In this document: piece after piece, positions 1 to 15,000 of the stretch
Position numbering within the stretch: the stretch's first letter is position 1
Layout: each line of letters starts with the position of its first letter
Source: an uncultured Planctomycetales bacterium
Lineage (GTDB): Bacteria > Omnitrophota > Gorgyraeia > Gygaellales > JAHJCI01
NCBI GenBank assembly: GCA_964592485.1
Contig: CAZQEY010000003.1
Span: 12,218-76,217, forward strand
Reading direction: 5' to 3'
Length of the DNA: 64,000 nucleotides
Made by a program: the position numbers and the translations under genes
Notes under the pieces: generated by a model
Told to the model about the DNA's origin: nothing
Databases searched by the model: none
The model's input: the letters and a program-made list of their open reading frames with translations, nothing else

Positions 1-3000
1 GAGGAATGCGAGCAATTAGAGAAAGAATTTAAGGGATTTGAAGAAAAGTCCGGCGACTCGCGAAAAATTGAGATGGAATTTAGGGATGGCAATATAATTG
101 AGACTTCCAAATCCAGATATCATCTGTTAGAAAAGTTAACCGAAACCGAGAAATCCGTAGTCAATCAGATTTCTATGGAGATTAAAGGAATCAAGACTGA
201 GAGAGAAAAAGGAAAAATCTCCAGATCTTTAGGTGTATTTAGGGCTTCTCCCCCGATTCGTATTGTGCGTATTTTAAAGGCCTTAAGGATTCATCCCGGA
301 CAGAGGTTTCTTGATTTGGGTAGCGGCAATGGCATTGTTGTCTTTTTGGCATCGATATTATGTGGTGTCAGGGGAGTGGGTATTGAGGGGAACCCATATT
401 TATTTAATAAGAGTCGGCTTGCGCAGGAGAGATTTGAAAATGAAGGTACGCTTAGACACGGAGAGACAGAATTTATTTTGGGAGATTTCCTTAAAGAGGA
501 CTGGGACAGTTACGATATTATTTTCTATTATTCCTTTGGCAGCCATCAATCAACTGAGATTGAAGAGAAGGTTTTGAAGGAAGCCAAGATAGGTGCAAGG
601 TTTGTTGTCCTTGGTTCGCGGAGGTTTGCCTGGAAAAACTACAATAGATACGAGGATTTTAGTAGATTGATTAATTCCAAAGAATTTTCTTTCCAAACCG
701 AACCAGACCTTGGTGCCTGGATATTTACACGCCTGAATAAGAACGAAGGTAGCGACTTACAGGAGGTTAAGGAAACACAAAAATTAAAGGAAGCCCTTAG
801 TCGAGATTACAAAGCTATCGCCATTGACTTTGATGGGACAATCTACGATGCAAAAATGTCTAAGGAAGAGTTTGAGGAATTACTCGAAGTATTGGTGGAT
901 ATCTTAAAATCGGGCAAAAATCTTGCAATTGTTACTAGCGGTCGACCGGAATACGTAGAGGAACTTTTGGTTTCTAAGTTAAGGAGTCATCCACGGGTAA
1001 CAAAAGAAAACCTTAATCAAATCGATATTTATCATTCAGGAGGAGCCTCCGGATATAATGCAGCTACGGAGAAAGTGCATTATGAAAAAGAATTTCCTGA
1101 TGCATTGCGGCAAGAAGCTGCTCGCTTGTTTAGCGGTAATCCACATTTAACATGCGATGAGGCAGAGTGGAAATCTTATTTTAAGCAACCGAAATATTCT
1201 GACACCCTCGCTTTAGATGCTGATTCTCACCTCAGTTTCACTCTATATAAGATTACCTTAATTCCTAAAGATAAAGGTTTAATAGCGCAGTACCAAAAGA
1301 TATTAAAAGAGCTCGTTACTAAATACGGTCTTAATTTAAACGTAAAGGCAACAAGTATCGCAGTAGAAATTATTCCTAAAGGAGTGGGCAAGATGCTAGC
1401 CGTTGCTGATCTGATGAGGCGACTGAAGGTTGAGTCTAGCCAGATTGCTAAGATTGGTGACCGGGGTGACCCAGAAGGAAACGACTATGAGTTTCTAAAG
1501 GAAGAAGGTAGTTTCTCGGTGGATCAGTACGATCCAGCCAATCCCAATCAGATTTGTATACCCTTGATAAATGGATTACGGGGTCCTACGGCAACGTTAT
1601 GGCTACTTAGACGATTGGCAATAAATAATACATTAGCATCTAAGCAACCAGGCCTTGGTCCAGGCACTTGGGATAGTATTGTAATGCCCAGCGACCTTAT
1701 TGAAGTTCAAGTTTATGTAGATGATGAAGGCAGGGTTTTTGTTGAATATGATGGCCAGAGGCTTGAAGTGGCAAGAGTAGATAAGCCAAATGAGATATTT
1801 GGAATGAGTATCAGGAATTGGTTGAAGGAGAAAGGACTCCGCGCTGATTACGATGCTTTTACTGATGAAGAAAAAGGCAGAAAATTTAGCATCGGTAATG
1901 CACTACGCAGAAAAGCAAATAGAGGCCTGAGAAATCGAAACGGATTATATGAGGTAAGAGCAGAAATAGTGCGTTATATTAGTTGGGCAAAATCCGGGCC
2001 TCAGCCTACTTGGAGCAAGATGAATTCGGCGATGTATGTCGGTATGCCTTTAAGTAATCTAATCTATTGGTATGCCGAAGAACAAGTAGCTATGTTAAAG
2101 TTATTCGGCAAAAAGGCACTCCCAATAACTGACCACAAGAGAATGGCTTTCATTGATTGGGTTCAAGGATTGAGCTTCTGGGATTTACCCATCTGGCCAG
2201 TAACCGAATCAGGCCAAATTGATACGGGTTTAATAAAATGGTTCAATGTGCCCAAGATGCGTGCCCCGCCTGAATATTTCAAAGCAAAGAAAATCACCTT
2301 ACGAGAGTTCATTGATAAAAAACCGCAAGCGCAAGGGGTCGGCAGGTCAAATGATTCAACCAAAGGTTCTCCCGCCGATTGCCTTAATACTTTGTATAAC
2401 AATAAGAACTTTAAGGAAAATCCTGTCAGTGTAAATGAATTAGTCTCCCAAAGAGCCTATTCCCAAAGAGCCTATTCTGAAACCACCATCCGCGCAGAAT
2501 TAAGCAGTCTTATCGCCATAGGTCTGGTAGAGGTAGACAAAACTCAAAAGCCATACCGTTACTACTTAAGCGATATCTTAAAAAGAGCACCGCCTGAGAT
2601 AATTAAAGAAATCTGTGATTTACCTGAACTAAACCTCTATCAAATCCCCTCCCAAGAAATTCCTCAACTCAAAAATAAATTAACAGAAATATTAGAACCC
2701 AGCGAATTAGTATCGTTGAAGAGAAGAGTATTTAAGGATAAGGCTTTATCAGGTGAAATAGAAAGGATATTCGGTTCATACGATAATTTTGCTTTGGCTT
2801 TATTTAATCCTCAGGAGTTCCTTGAGAAGCACAAATCAGAAAGTGCCTTATTAGCAGAGTTAAGTCAATTCTTAAGCAGGTTATTGGTTAACAACGAGGT
2901 ATTGGGAGAGATTCCTGTATGCGAATTTCCCCTTGCAAGGGCCTATGTTGAGAGATTATTCGCTGCTACGGGATTAGTCCGAGGAAATTTAGATGAGCTT

Positions 3001-6000
3001 CTTTCAAACAGAGCTTTATATAAAGAAAACAGAGAAAATAACCTTGAGGCAATAGCAGATGTTTACGGGATAGATATGTGCCTCGTTACATACTTAGATA
3101 TAAGATATAGCGGCGTAACTATTATTGGAGAAAATGCCGGATTGGAGTTTGTAGTGGATGGGAAATATAGAACAGGCCGTTTTGTTCTAGGCGACAATAT
3201 TTACCTATTCACAAAACAGGTATTTTTAGGAGAATCCCCCTATGCATACAGCAAGGAGACGGGAAAGATATATTATTACGGGCAAGAACTGCCCTATAAA
3301 GTAACCCCCGTAGAGCAAAAAGCAGGCACATGGAGAAGTCCGACAACCGGCGCCAAGCATTGGTATTTTAAAATTAAATACTGGGAGAATGAAGCAGACA
3401 CTATAGATGAGGAGCAGTTAACCGATTATAGCTCGCTGACCTTAAATTTTAGAGACTTCTGTCTTAATATGTGTCCTTTCTGCTGGCGGGCATATAGAGA
3501 AGAACTGCGGGCTTTTGGAAAAGAACTGATGAGGCAAAAAAATATTACAGTTGACCAAGGTATAGATATGCTTAAGAAAGCCCATGGAAAGAATGTGCTT
3601 ACAAAAGTCAAAGAAATATCGGTTGTCCAAGCCGGATTCGTTAAAGAAGAAGAGGAGTTAGACTATTTAGAAGAATTAATTATTAAATTAAGGAAAGAGG
3701 GATTTAAGGGTAGAATAATGGTTTCTACAAGCTTCGTTAGAAATCCCAACGCATATGCCAGACTTAAGGATTTAGGTTACGATATGAGCGAGTATAATTT
3801 TCCCTTAGAAGCATTTACAAATAGAGAAACCGTTCTAAGCAGAAGAAAGGCTGCGCCTTTTAAGAAGGTATTGCGAACTTTAATTATAGCAAAGCAACAT
3901 TATAGAACCGTCAGGGTATGGCTTCTGGCAGGATTAGCGGATAATCTTAGAGATTACGAAAGATTTTTTGCAATCTTATCTAAGAACAAGATAGATGCGC
4001 AAATTGGTATGTATTTTCCAATGCTTCCAAGACAAATCGGACTTCTGTCAAACGATATGGTTCGCGATCAAGAAAATAACGGACATATTCGATTTTTGTT
4101 AGATGTAGTTCGGTTAGCTAATAGATATAGTATCGCAAGGCCGGAGAGCAGCAGAAATAATGCTATCTGGCCGGCGTATATGGACAGATTTATTTATCAG
4201 GATAGCATACTTTTGACTAAAAATGAAGTTTCATTCGGGAGAAAAGGTATTTTAACTCTAAAGAGATTTATTAAAAACGGAGATTTTATTAATAAAGATA
4301 GTTTACTTGCTCCGCTTCGCCGCGAGGTAGAAAAGCAAGGGAGGATACTGTTAGGTTCGATAGAAGGAAGACAGATTTATGCTTATGTGGGCAAAGAGTT
4401 CAAGGGAAGCTTAGTTGATATGATTCAGGACAGATTTGACGAGAAATATGGATGGATATTTGCTGCTTATTTAGTTGAGGCAAAAACAGGCAAAAGAGGA
4501 GAGATTCCTATTCGTATGTTTAGAATAGAACCTGATAAGCCAAATTATTTTGAGATTACAGACCCCACTGAAAAAAGGATGATTACTGAAGAGGGTGAAA
4601 TAGTTATAAGAAAGGACAAACTCGATAATTCCGGCAGCTTGAATAAGGGTAAACTTCCTCATCCTAAATTTTATCAATATCCTAATGCGGAAGTGGAATA
4701 CAAGGCTTTGGTTGTTGATGGAGAAGAAATTATCTTAGAGGTAAGAATATTCTGGAAGGGTGAAATTATCATTAAAAAACTTTCTACAGTAAGAGATAGC
4801 AAGACAAGAAAGTTGCTATTTTCTTTTATTAAGAATTTCCACAAATTCCATATTAAACAGCATAAAGACATAATCATCCGGAGACAACTGGATAAGCGTG
4901 CAAGATTGGATATTTTGGGTCAGATGCCTTGGACAGGTTTACCTAAAGGTCTTAATCTTGATTATGCTTGGGTAGATGTAAAAATTGAAGATGCCGGGAA
5001 GATAGTTGATGTGATGTTTATTGAGGATTCCCAAGGAAGGTCAGTGCTTAATATTAATGGAGAGCCTTTTAAGATAGTTATCGGTGAAAATCTTCAAGAA
5101 CAGTTATCTCGCATAGCGCCGCGTAAAGAAAGAAGAATCGGCGTATTTGATGCTAAAACAGATAAATTGATTGCTTCCTATGAGGAGATGAGTCCGGAGG
5201 AGTTAGCTTTGATTACTGAAGAGCAATACCTAATAATTAGATTAGGCAAGCGGGGAAGGCTGGCTATCGGTGGTAAAGACTGGGGTGATTTTCATCTATT
5301 TCCTGGTGCAAAGGTCAGGCTCATTTGTTCTGAAGGCAAGGTAAAGGTTGTTAAATTTATTGCTGATAGAGAAGGAAAACCGATTCTGGATAAACAAGGT
5401 AAAGCCTTAGAGATTAAGATAGGTGAAGATGTTTTGAAGCAATTGAGAGAGAAGCTACCTTATTTTCAAGTGCGCAGCACAAAAGAGCTTTTAAGCGCGG
5501 ATAGGGTTTATGCGTTGATTGAAATGCTTCTTAATCCAGAGATTGGCACAGAGACGAAAAAACATATCCATTCTCTTCTTAAGAAAGCAGCCGAAGATGA
5601 AAGATATGTTGATGAGTTTCAAAGCCTCCTTGAAGAACCAGAGAAAGTTTCGAAGGAAAAAGTTGCCGATACTGTTATTGTATTTTTGGATACGAAGGTA
5701 GGTAGAGGTTTAATATCTACGATAGAAGCAACCAACCTAAGGAGATTTGCTAAAGATGAGAGCGGGGTTTTAGAGGCGATTAAGATATATCTTAGCAGTG
5801 ACATGAGTGATGAGGCGACAAAGATAAAGATTAGGTTGTTTGGTGCTGCTCGCGAGTTTCCTCAAGAGATAAGTGATACTATAGAAAAGATAAGGTTACA
5901 AAAAGATGGCAAGCAAGTTATTAGAAAATTGGAAAGGAGCGCTGGAGGTGGAGTATTCTTTAATTTAATTAAAAATGGTTTAAGCCTAAAGGGTATCATC

Positions 6001-9000
6001 AATAACAATCGCACAAATTCAATTATGCTTTATTCGGCTATTCTTCCCCCACAATTGGCTTCGTGGATAAATAAGAGACTTCTGCCACTACTTAGAAATG
6101 CTGCCTTAACAGGAATTAAGTTTTTAAACTCCATTTTAGGCGAAAGAGAAAAGATTATAAAAGAGGGATCCGATACTGGCGAGCTTATGAATATTATTTC
6201 TCAAACAAAGGGACAGTTCAAACTTGCCCAGCGAGTATTAAACCTTATGGATATAGGGATTGTTACGGATTCTTCATTATTAGTTACTCAATTAATGGAG
6301 GCATTTTCTAAAGAATATGATTTGCCGGATACTGTAAAGTTATTATTCTCATCCCCATCTTTTATCTATAATTACTTTAGCAGATTATCTGAAGAAGAAT
6401 TTTATCCAAAATCAAAGGAGTTTTCCCCAAAGGACACAGCCTTGATAGTTGTAGATATTCAAAAAGATTTCTGCGAAGACAGGGAAGGCTTCGCTTACGC
6501 TAATCGTCAAAAAGCTAAAGCAAGGGATGATGTTTCCGCAATCCAATATATGATAAATAATAATCTTCTGCCTTTAATTGAAATGGCACGAAAAGTCAAT
6601 ATGCACACTCTCTACATTCAAGCAGATTATCGCCAGAGGCAATTTCCTGATATGCCCAAGCTATGCCTCAAAGGTACTGAAGGTTGGGAATTTTATAAAC
6701 TCTCACCGCAAGGAGAAAAAGAAGCAGTCTTTTCTAAGTCTACATATGACCTCTTCAGCAACCCACAGGTAATGAAATATCTTAAGCGGCATAATATAAG
6801 GAATATTTTAATTTCTGGTTTAACTACCGATACCTGTGTAAGAACATCGGCTATTAGTCCTTTAGCTAAAACCTTTAAGGTATATGTAATAGGTGATTGT
6901 GTTGTTACTGCAGGCTATAAGCTCTTAACTAAGCATCTACCAACTTTAGAATATTTTAAGGAGGCTACCTCTATCCCCAGACTTATTTTCTTGCCGAATA
7001 TTTCATTTTACACCTCATCTCGAAGCGGAAGCTGCGCGTCAGGTAAAATAAAAGGGATAATCGCCGAAGAGGTGAAAAAATTAAATGATGCAGGTCTTAG
7101 ATATGGTAATGAAGTAACCGAAGCGCTTTTAAAATTAGCAGAAGATTGGAATCTGGATAAGTTAAAGGAGGCACTTGAAGAGTCAAGAAGATATTCCGAA
7201 CAGAGAAGTCCGGCTCTTTTGGCAATGGAGTTACAAACGATTTCATCTCTGGCTCAATTAATAGAAAATAAAATTAAGCACTCCGAATCTGCCTCTACCT
7301 TAGATAATATCCTCCAAGATAATGAAGCAGATTGCTTAGGATATACACAACTTTTATGTATATTAGGGAAAGCTGTTGGCTTTAAAGTCAGTCCTGTAGA
7401 GATAAAAAATTTACTCCCATATTTCTCTGACCAAGCTATGTTGCATGTGTGTTGTCTATTTGAATTGTCAAATGGACAGAAAGTGATGGTAGATTTGGGA
7501 GTCGAGCCTACAATAATTAGCAGCGCCTTTGCAATGGATGAAGAATACGAACTCATTGATGGGACTGATTATTATGAGATAAGAAAGGAAAATAATCCTT
7601 TTAGGTTATATAGGAGAATTCGATTTTTGGGTTATAAAGGATTGGTATCAATACTTTACACTAATTTAGGGCTTGGCTTTGTTGATGAAGGAGAACTTTC
7701 TTTGGCGATAGGGTCTTACGATAAGGCAATCGACTTGGACTCCAGGAATGCCAGGGCATATTATAGTAGGGCTGACGCTAATGTTTCCTTGGGGAATGTA
7801 ATACTGGCAGCTTCAGATTTTGAAGAAGCAGTTAGATTGGACCCACGGGACGAGATGACCCATTGTAATTTGGGTAATATTAAACTTGCAGGTGGACAAT
7901 TAGGGGAAGCCAAGGCTAAATTTGACGAAGCCATCAATTTAAAGCCTGATTTTGCCTTGGCTTATTGGCTTCGCGGGAAAGTCCTTGAACAATTAGGAGA
8001 TGTAAGGAGAGCAAAGAAAGATAGGAATAGAGCTTTAAAGTTAGATTCTTCGCTATCTTCAAAAATTCAACCGCCTATTATTTCTAATGAAGTTTATATG
8101 AAAACCATCTATCTTCTCACTCATCCTTTTTATATCCTCCCTTCAGATATGATGGGAAAGTGGAAGAGATTTGTCGATTGGGTAGCCGAAGACCAAAAAG
8201 GTTGCTTAATCTTTGTTGCCCAGAATCAAGCTCCTTTTAAAACCTCCGTTTTAGAAACTGAACTAGCAAATTATGCCTCGGATAAATTAGGAAAAAGATT
8301 CATCTTAGTAAGAGAATTTAGCGAGCAACTAAGCAAGGAGATTAAGGCTATTGGTAACTTCAATCCCAAAGAAGTAAGAATTAAAAGCATTGGTCAATTG
8401 ACCAATATTTGCGTTAGAATTTATACTCGCATTTTACAGGAAAAATTAAGGATTCCTACGGAAAATGTCGAGATATTAAGGGAGATTCCTCAAGAGGTAG
8501 AGACAGCTGAAGGGCAGACGCTATCTTCTGAACAAGAAGCAACGCCAGAGATTATAAAGAAGTCAGCGTTAATGAAAATAAAGAAGTTTATGGTTCTACC
8601 TGGCATTCGCACCTTCATAAAATATCAGTTGTATGTTTTACTGCCTCTTATAGGATTAGACCTGCTGTCTAAATTACTTATTCAGCATTTTGTTCCGGAT
8701 ATCATGACGCTTGCTCCCGGCGCTCAGTTGGACTTAGGTCTGTATAATTACCCCAGTTTAGGACCGTTTTATTTCTTCCCTATTTATCATACACAGCCGG
8801 GTATTCTTGAGAGTATTTTTGGACCTCAAGCCTATTTTAGCTCGCCACTCTTGCTTATCCCTGTATTTGCTCTTTATATCTATGTCCAAGTGCGTTGGTT
8901 ACATATTTGCTTCCAGGATTTCCTGAAGAATCAGAATCACAGATTTAGATTATCATACGCTTTGCCGTCTGTACTTATAGCTGGCGTGTTGGGCAATATG

Positions 9001-12000
9001 GTCAGCCCATTAATTACGCAGGGCAAGAGATTGGACTTTATCGGAATAGGGCCGAGTATTTCTCATTTAGCAGACTTTATGTTGTGGCTTGGCGTGATTA
9101 TAGGCATGGTTACGATTGTGCGTTATTTTATGGCTTCCAGGAGAGAGAAGAAAACACGCCGAGGCTCACTTGCAGAATGTTTGCGGGACCTTTCTCAAGC
9201 TAACAGGCCTTTAACCAGCGCTGAATTACAAGAAAGAAGAGGCGTAAGAAAGGAGACTGGAAAATTCTTTCACAGAAGTGTATTTAACAAGGAATTAGAA
9301 GGTCTTATGAAGCTAGGTTTGGTAGGAATAGGAAAGGACAAGATAACAGGAAAGCCAAATTATTATCTAACCGAAGTTTTAAGAAGGGCTCCGCCAAAAA
9401 CTAGAAAGAAAATCATAGAAAGACTCATCAGAGAAATACCCGCACTTAACCTTTCAGACCTCTCTCGAATCTCTCCAGAAGAAATCGAGCAAATCAAAAA
9501 TAAAGTAGAAAAAATATTAAAACAAGAAACCAGCAGCCCGCGCTTAGAAGAAATAATCGACGCCATACCTGAGGGTAGTCCATTTTCTATTGTCTACGAA
9601 GGGGGTAAATCTGAAATTTCTATGATTGACCTGCCCAGCTGGTCAGGGAACGAAGATTTTCTAAGTCAAGTTGAAAAAGGTTCATCTGCCTTGGGCAGAA
9701 GAGACATTGGTGTTTATGCGAGTTATTTTGTGAAAGTTTTCGAAAGAGTAACAGGCAGGAATTTAAACACAATCATCGGCAAAGAGGATATGCTCATAAT
9801 CGGTCCAGGCAATAGCCTCAAAGAGGCTTTATACTTCATACAAGGATTCCCGTCAGTAAGAAAGGTGGTTATCGTTGACTGGTACAAACAAAACATAAGG
9901 GATATCTTTAAAGAATTATCCCATCAGTCAGAAGAAATTAGAGAAAAAATAGAGTTATATTGCCTCGATATACGAAAAACCCCTTTTAAAAACGGTCACT
10001 TCAGACTTGTCTTTAGCTGCAATGCTCTTATGGATGACCTGCTTTCTCCTGAGGCACTAAAAGAGGCTTGGGGTGAGATTCACCGGGTGTTAAAGCCTCA
10101 GGGCATCTTTCTGGGAATGGCAACGCCAATTGAATTTATAGAGGATAATTTCGAATATATCCCTAAATACTATCGCCCAGGAGTTAATCTGGCTATAAAG
10201 AAGGGTGAGAGGCAAGAACAAGGGCCAAGAGGTTATGTAGTGGTTTTATATCAACAGAGATTTGGAGATAGAATCATAAATGATGTTAAAGCTGAGATTT
10301 CAGCGCTTCGCCCAGACTTCCTCTGCCTGCCCGAGTATTACTTTATTCCCAGATTAGTCCGTTTTGTTAACCCTGCTGAAGTGGAGAGGTATTTAGAGAA
10401 GGCGGCTGACTTTTGCCTGAAGGAATACGAGAGATTGAGGTTGCTTTCTGCGGAGCTTTCCACAGTAATAATCGCAGGCAGTTTAATAGAAAAGGCCGAA
10501 GAGGGATTCTATAATACCTGCTATATTCTTAACAGAGGCGTTGAGGTTGGCAAGCACCGTAAGGTGAATCTTGATGAAACCGAGATAAAGTATGGGTTAC
10601 TTCCTGGACAAGAGTATTCAGTTTTTGAGATAGAAGGACTAAGGATAGCAGTTTTGTTGTGTAAAGATGTATTAGACCCAGAAGCGCTGAAAGAGTTGGA
10701 GAAGAAGAACCCAGATTTGATTTTCTTTCCTTTTGTTTCACCCGATTGTAAGAATAGCTTCGATTATTTATCAACCGGCAGGGCATTTTTAAAGGCAATA
10801 AAGAAAAATGGTTGGTACGTGATAAAGGTCGGTGGAGTAGGAAGTTTGCTAGGGGAAGAGAGGCGAGGCAGAAGTCGGGTATTTTCTCAAAAGGGAATTT
10901 TGCTCAAAGCGGAAGATGAACAAAGAGATGAGATTATATCTTTTGAAATTGATATAGCAAGAAAGCCCCCGCATCAAATGCCAGAAACTTCTGACCAGGA
11001 AAGAAATAAATTGCGCATTGCCATAGAGCACGAGCAAGCAGGTACAGCAGCTTTAGAGAAGGAAGGCTATGTTTATGCCATAGCCGCCTTCAGGCTAGCA
11101 TTAAACCATCTTCCCAAAGGCGAAGAATACGAAGTCCATAGGCGAAGGATTGAAGGACGAATCGAAGATGCTAAGAGATTGGCTAATTTGAAAAATCAAG
11201 AGAGTGTTCGGATGCGTGGTCACGATGGAAGATTACATTCGAGTCTAGGCCAGAACATATTTGGCATAGACAGGGCAAGGGTATCAGGAGTTAGGCAAGA
11301 GTTGAATAGTAGCCTATTGCCTTTTGACGAAAGGAGAGTGTGGCATTATAGCGGTGGTCAAGAGGCGCGCGAAAGATTGGAGTTAAAACAAAATCAAGCA
11401 AGAATAAGAAAGGGCGAGATTTGTAATTTATTAAATGATAAGCAAGCAGAATTCTTCAAGTCATTTAAACAGAAATTCCCTGATTATCGCAAGAGATGTG
11501 TGGCTGCTTCACGCGCTGTGGGGCTAATGCTTTCTAAAGAATTCGCAATTCCTATTGAAGGGAATTCTTCTAATCGAATAGAAATAGAGGTTTGCCCTTA
11601 CCGAGATATAGGTAGTTATGATTTATATCATGAGGTGCTGGTTATATATCGTGATGGTAAGAAATGGCTATTTGTTTATCCGGTATTAGGTCTATTTCAT
11701 CCCGGCTTAGAGGGTCAAATAATCTGTGATGAATATCTACACCTAAGCGAATACGGTTTTTCTCATTATTCTCGCGCAGACTGGAGGCGAGGTTGGGATG
11801 AGAGAATAGAACAGATTGCTGATGAGGTATCAGGTATCAGGCCCCAGTTAGAGGGACTTTTAAACAACCCAGCTTCTAATACCAGAAATGAAGCTATAGA
11901 TGAGTTGTTACGTTCAAGAGAATATAAAGAAAAACAAAAAATATCGCTATTTTTAAACAGGGTTATGCAGGACGATAATGATTCAGTGCGACAAAAGGCA

Positions 12001-15000
12001 AAAACAGCTATTCTTACTCTTTGGCATATCATTGAAGCAAGGCAGGATAGTAACAGAGAGAGTCTCATCGCATTTTTTGAAGATATCAGCCAAGAGCTTA
12101 CGGAATTAGAATTTGAAAGCTTATTAGATATATTGGCAAGCTCCTCATTTACTAATCAAGGACGCTATGCTCTTAATCGCCTTTACCTAGATAGATTAAC
12201 AAGCACAAACCCTAAAGTTAAGATTGAAGTCGATGAGCGCATATTGGAAGCGGATAATATTGTTTTATACCTTGAAATTATCAAAAGGCAGCTTTCTCGG
12301 ATAAGTCAACCGGACAGTCTGAATTTAGAAATTGTATTCCTGAATAGCCAGGGCGCATTTAAAGACAGAGTGTTGGAAAGCGGGGTTGTTCTGCGTAGAT
12401 ATGGCGTTAATGGACCAAGGCAAATTTTGATTAATGTAGCTGCATTTAAACATGATGGTGCTTTTCTAGTTGATATCAAAGAACTTTTCGAGAAAGAGAT
12501 GGTAGGGATAGTTAATCAATGCATTAAAGATGAAGGCTGGGATTTTGAGTTCGCTGATACAGGAAGAACAACTTTAGAAGACTTTGTTCCTTTAAATGAA
12601 AGTCTTATCTGGAATATTAGTAACCTCTATTGGCAGTTGATAGGAAAGGATTCTTTTGCGGATTCATCCGACGAATTTTTCCCTGACTTTTCGATGCATT
12701 TAAAGAAGGTATATAGAGGGTTATATGTTGATAGAGCATTTGCTGATGCATGTGCCCAGAAACTATTTAATTACCTTTGCGAACTGGAGAAGTCAAATAA
12801 TTTACCAGAAGACATTATCATTCAAGAATGGGGAGCAGGGGAAGGGACATTTGCCGGCATGTTCTTAGATGCTATAAAACAGTTGAGTGAGAAAAAAGTA
12901 GAACAAAAAGGTGGAATAAACTTCTACGAAAGATTAACTTACGTGATGGGCGATATATCTACTAAGATGTTAGAAGATATTCGTGATAGAGAGTGGTATC
13001 CAGAACATAAAGACAGGATAGAATTTTCGGTAATGGATGCAGCAAATCCGTCTAGTCGTTATCAGGGCAGGACGTTGTTGCTAATAAATAGCTATCTATA
13101 TTGTGTAATGCCAGCACGGGTAATTGCAAAGAAGGATGGCCGTTTTTATGAGATGTATGCAAGGACATATCTTAATAACGAAATTGTAATTAAAACTCAG
13201 AATGGAGAAAAGGTCTCAGCAGATGAATTTAAAGATATATTAATAAACAGAGATATTCAGAGGCTGTCAAACTTAGACCCTTATTTCTGGGGTGCACTAA
13301 ATTACCAAGAAACGTACAGAGAGATTAATCTTGGAGATTATGCTTGGGGCAATTGTGTGGCAGAAGTGACAAAGGATAGAGAGGATTGCCGTATTCCGGT
13401 TAATGTTCAGGCATTGGAAAGCTTAGAGAAATCTCTGGACTTATTAGATAGAGAAAGAGGCAGGATTTGGATATTCGAGTTGACTCTGTCAGAAAATATG
13501 CTGAAGAGCCCGCTTACCGGGCCGATGAACCTAGGACCTACGCTTGCTATACCTGTAAATACATCCTCGTTGGAGTATGTAGTAAATAAGAAAAATGGGT
13601 GGGAACTTACAATTGCTCCATCAACAGCATTTTTGCAAGAGGAACGAGCCAAATTGTATACCTATATTGAGATAAAGCCGAATAATGGCAGAAGATATTT
13701 AGAGGGCTGGGATGGGAAAATAGAGATAAGTATTCCCCAGGATTGGGATCACATGGTAGCCAGTACTCTCGGTAGATTTAAACCATTATTCATAAAGGAG
13801 GCAATAGAGGATGGTTTAACCAGAGAAAGCGGAAGATTTCTGACAGAGGTCTTTGTTAAGATGGGAATAGAGCCTAAACAGGTTGAGTTTATAAAGCTCT
13901 CATTAGCCCAGGAAGGCCCTTCATATGGAGTATTCCGTGCCGAAGTAAAACTTAATAACGGAGAGGTTAGGTGTTTTGGGCTGAATGTAGTCTTAAATGA
14001 CGGTCTAAATAAAGATTTAGAATTAGATTACCAGAATTTAGCCTTTTTATATGAGTTGCAGAATGGAATCGGATTAAAATTTGTTTCTCAACCTTTCTCT
14101 ATGGGGAGAGGGCGATTCAAGATTAAGTCAGGCGAAACAATAGAGATGGCCTTCTTTGCCATTGAGTGGTTAAGTGATTTTATGGAATTACATAAATATA
14201 GATATATCAATGAAGGAAAATTCTACCTATTATCAAATTATATTCGAGGAAAAACAAATATATATGAGAAGTATCTTAATGAACAGGAATCCGCTTCCAT
14301 AAGAAAGAAAATAATTGCGCTATTTACATTAATCTTTGCCTCGACTTTTGAAGAGGATAAGGGCGGGTTGGTCATTAAAAGGTTTAATATAAACAACGGC
14401 GATATCATGGTTCGTGACCAAGGAGAAGGAAATTCTGATGTTTGCCTGGTTGCCGCACGTGAATTGATTAGATTGAATAACCCTAAGGAATTTATTGATT
14501 ATTTACTGGGATATGAAAATACAGAGTTTGTAGCAATAGACATACTGGAAGGGGGAAATGTAGTAGTAAGTAGGACTGAGAGATTCAAGCTTTATGAGGA
14601 TGTATCAGAGATAAGAGAAGGTATAATTGATGGATTAGTCAGGCTCTATGGAGAAAAGGACGGTCAGGATTTAGCTCAAGCGTGGTTTGATGATTATTCC
14701 GGCGATAAATTTGGTTTAAGTTTAGGCAGAAGCAGAGAACGGGTAGCCCATTACAGTGATGGAGAGAAGGCGCGGCAGAATAATGAATCGAAGCCGATAT
14801 TTATTGGAGAATTTGAAAAATATATTCAGATGGAACCAGATAAATTTAGAAAGGTAATTTCGCAGTTACAGTCAGAGCCATTGAATATTCAACAAGAAGA
14901 AGAGGTTAGTCGATTTTGCAATGCACTTATTGAATTGATGATGTTAAAGACGCAGTATCGGCAAGATTTAAGAGAAAATAAAGAGTCCCGGCTCTGCGAA

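Noticed and set aside
7310-7520. Transglutaminase-like cysteine protease core (C...H...D) inside giant ORF
   Set aside because: ADCLGYTQLLCILGKAVGF ... HVCCLFELSNGQKVMVDLG is suggestive but too weak to call without a profile search. It is kept only as a note in the giant-ORF finding.
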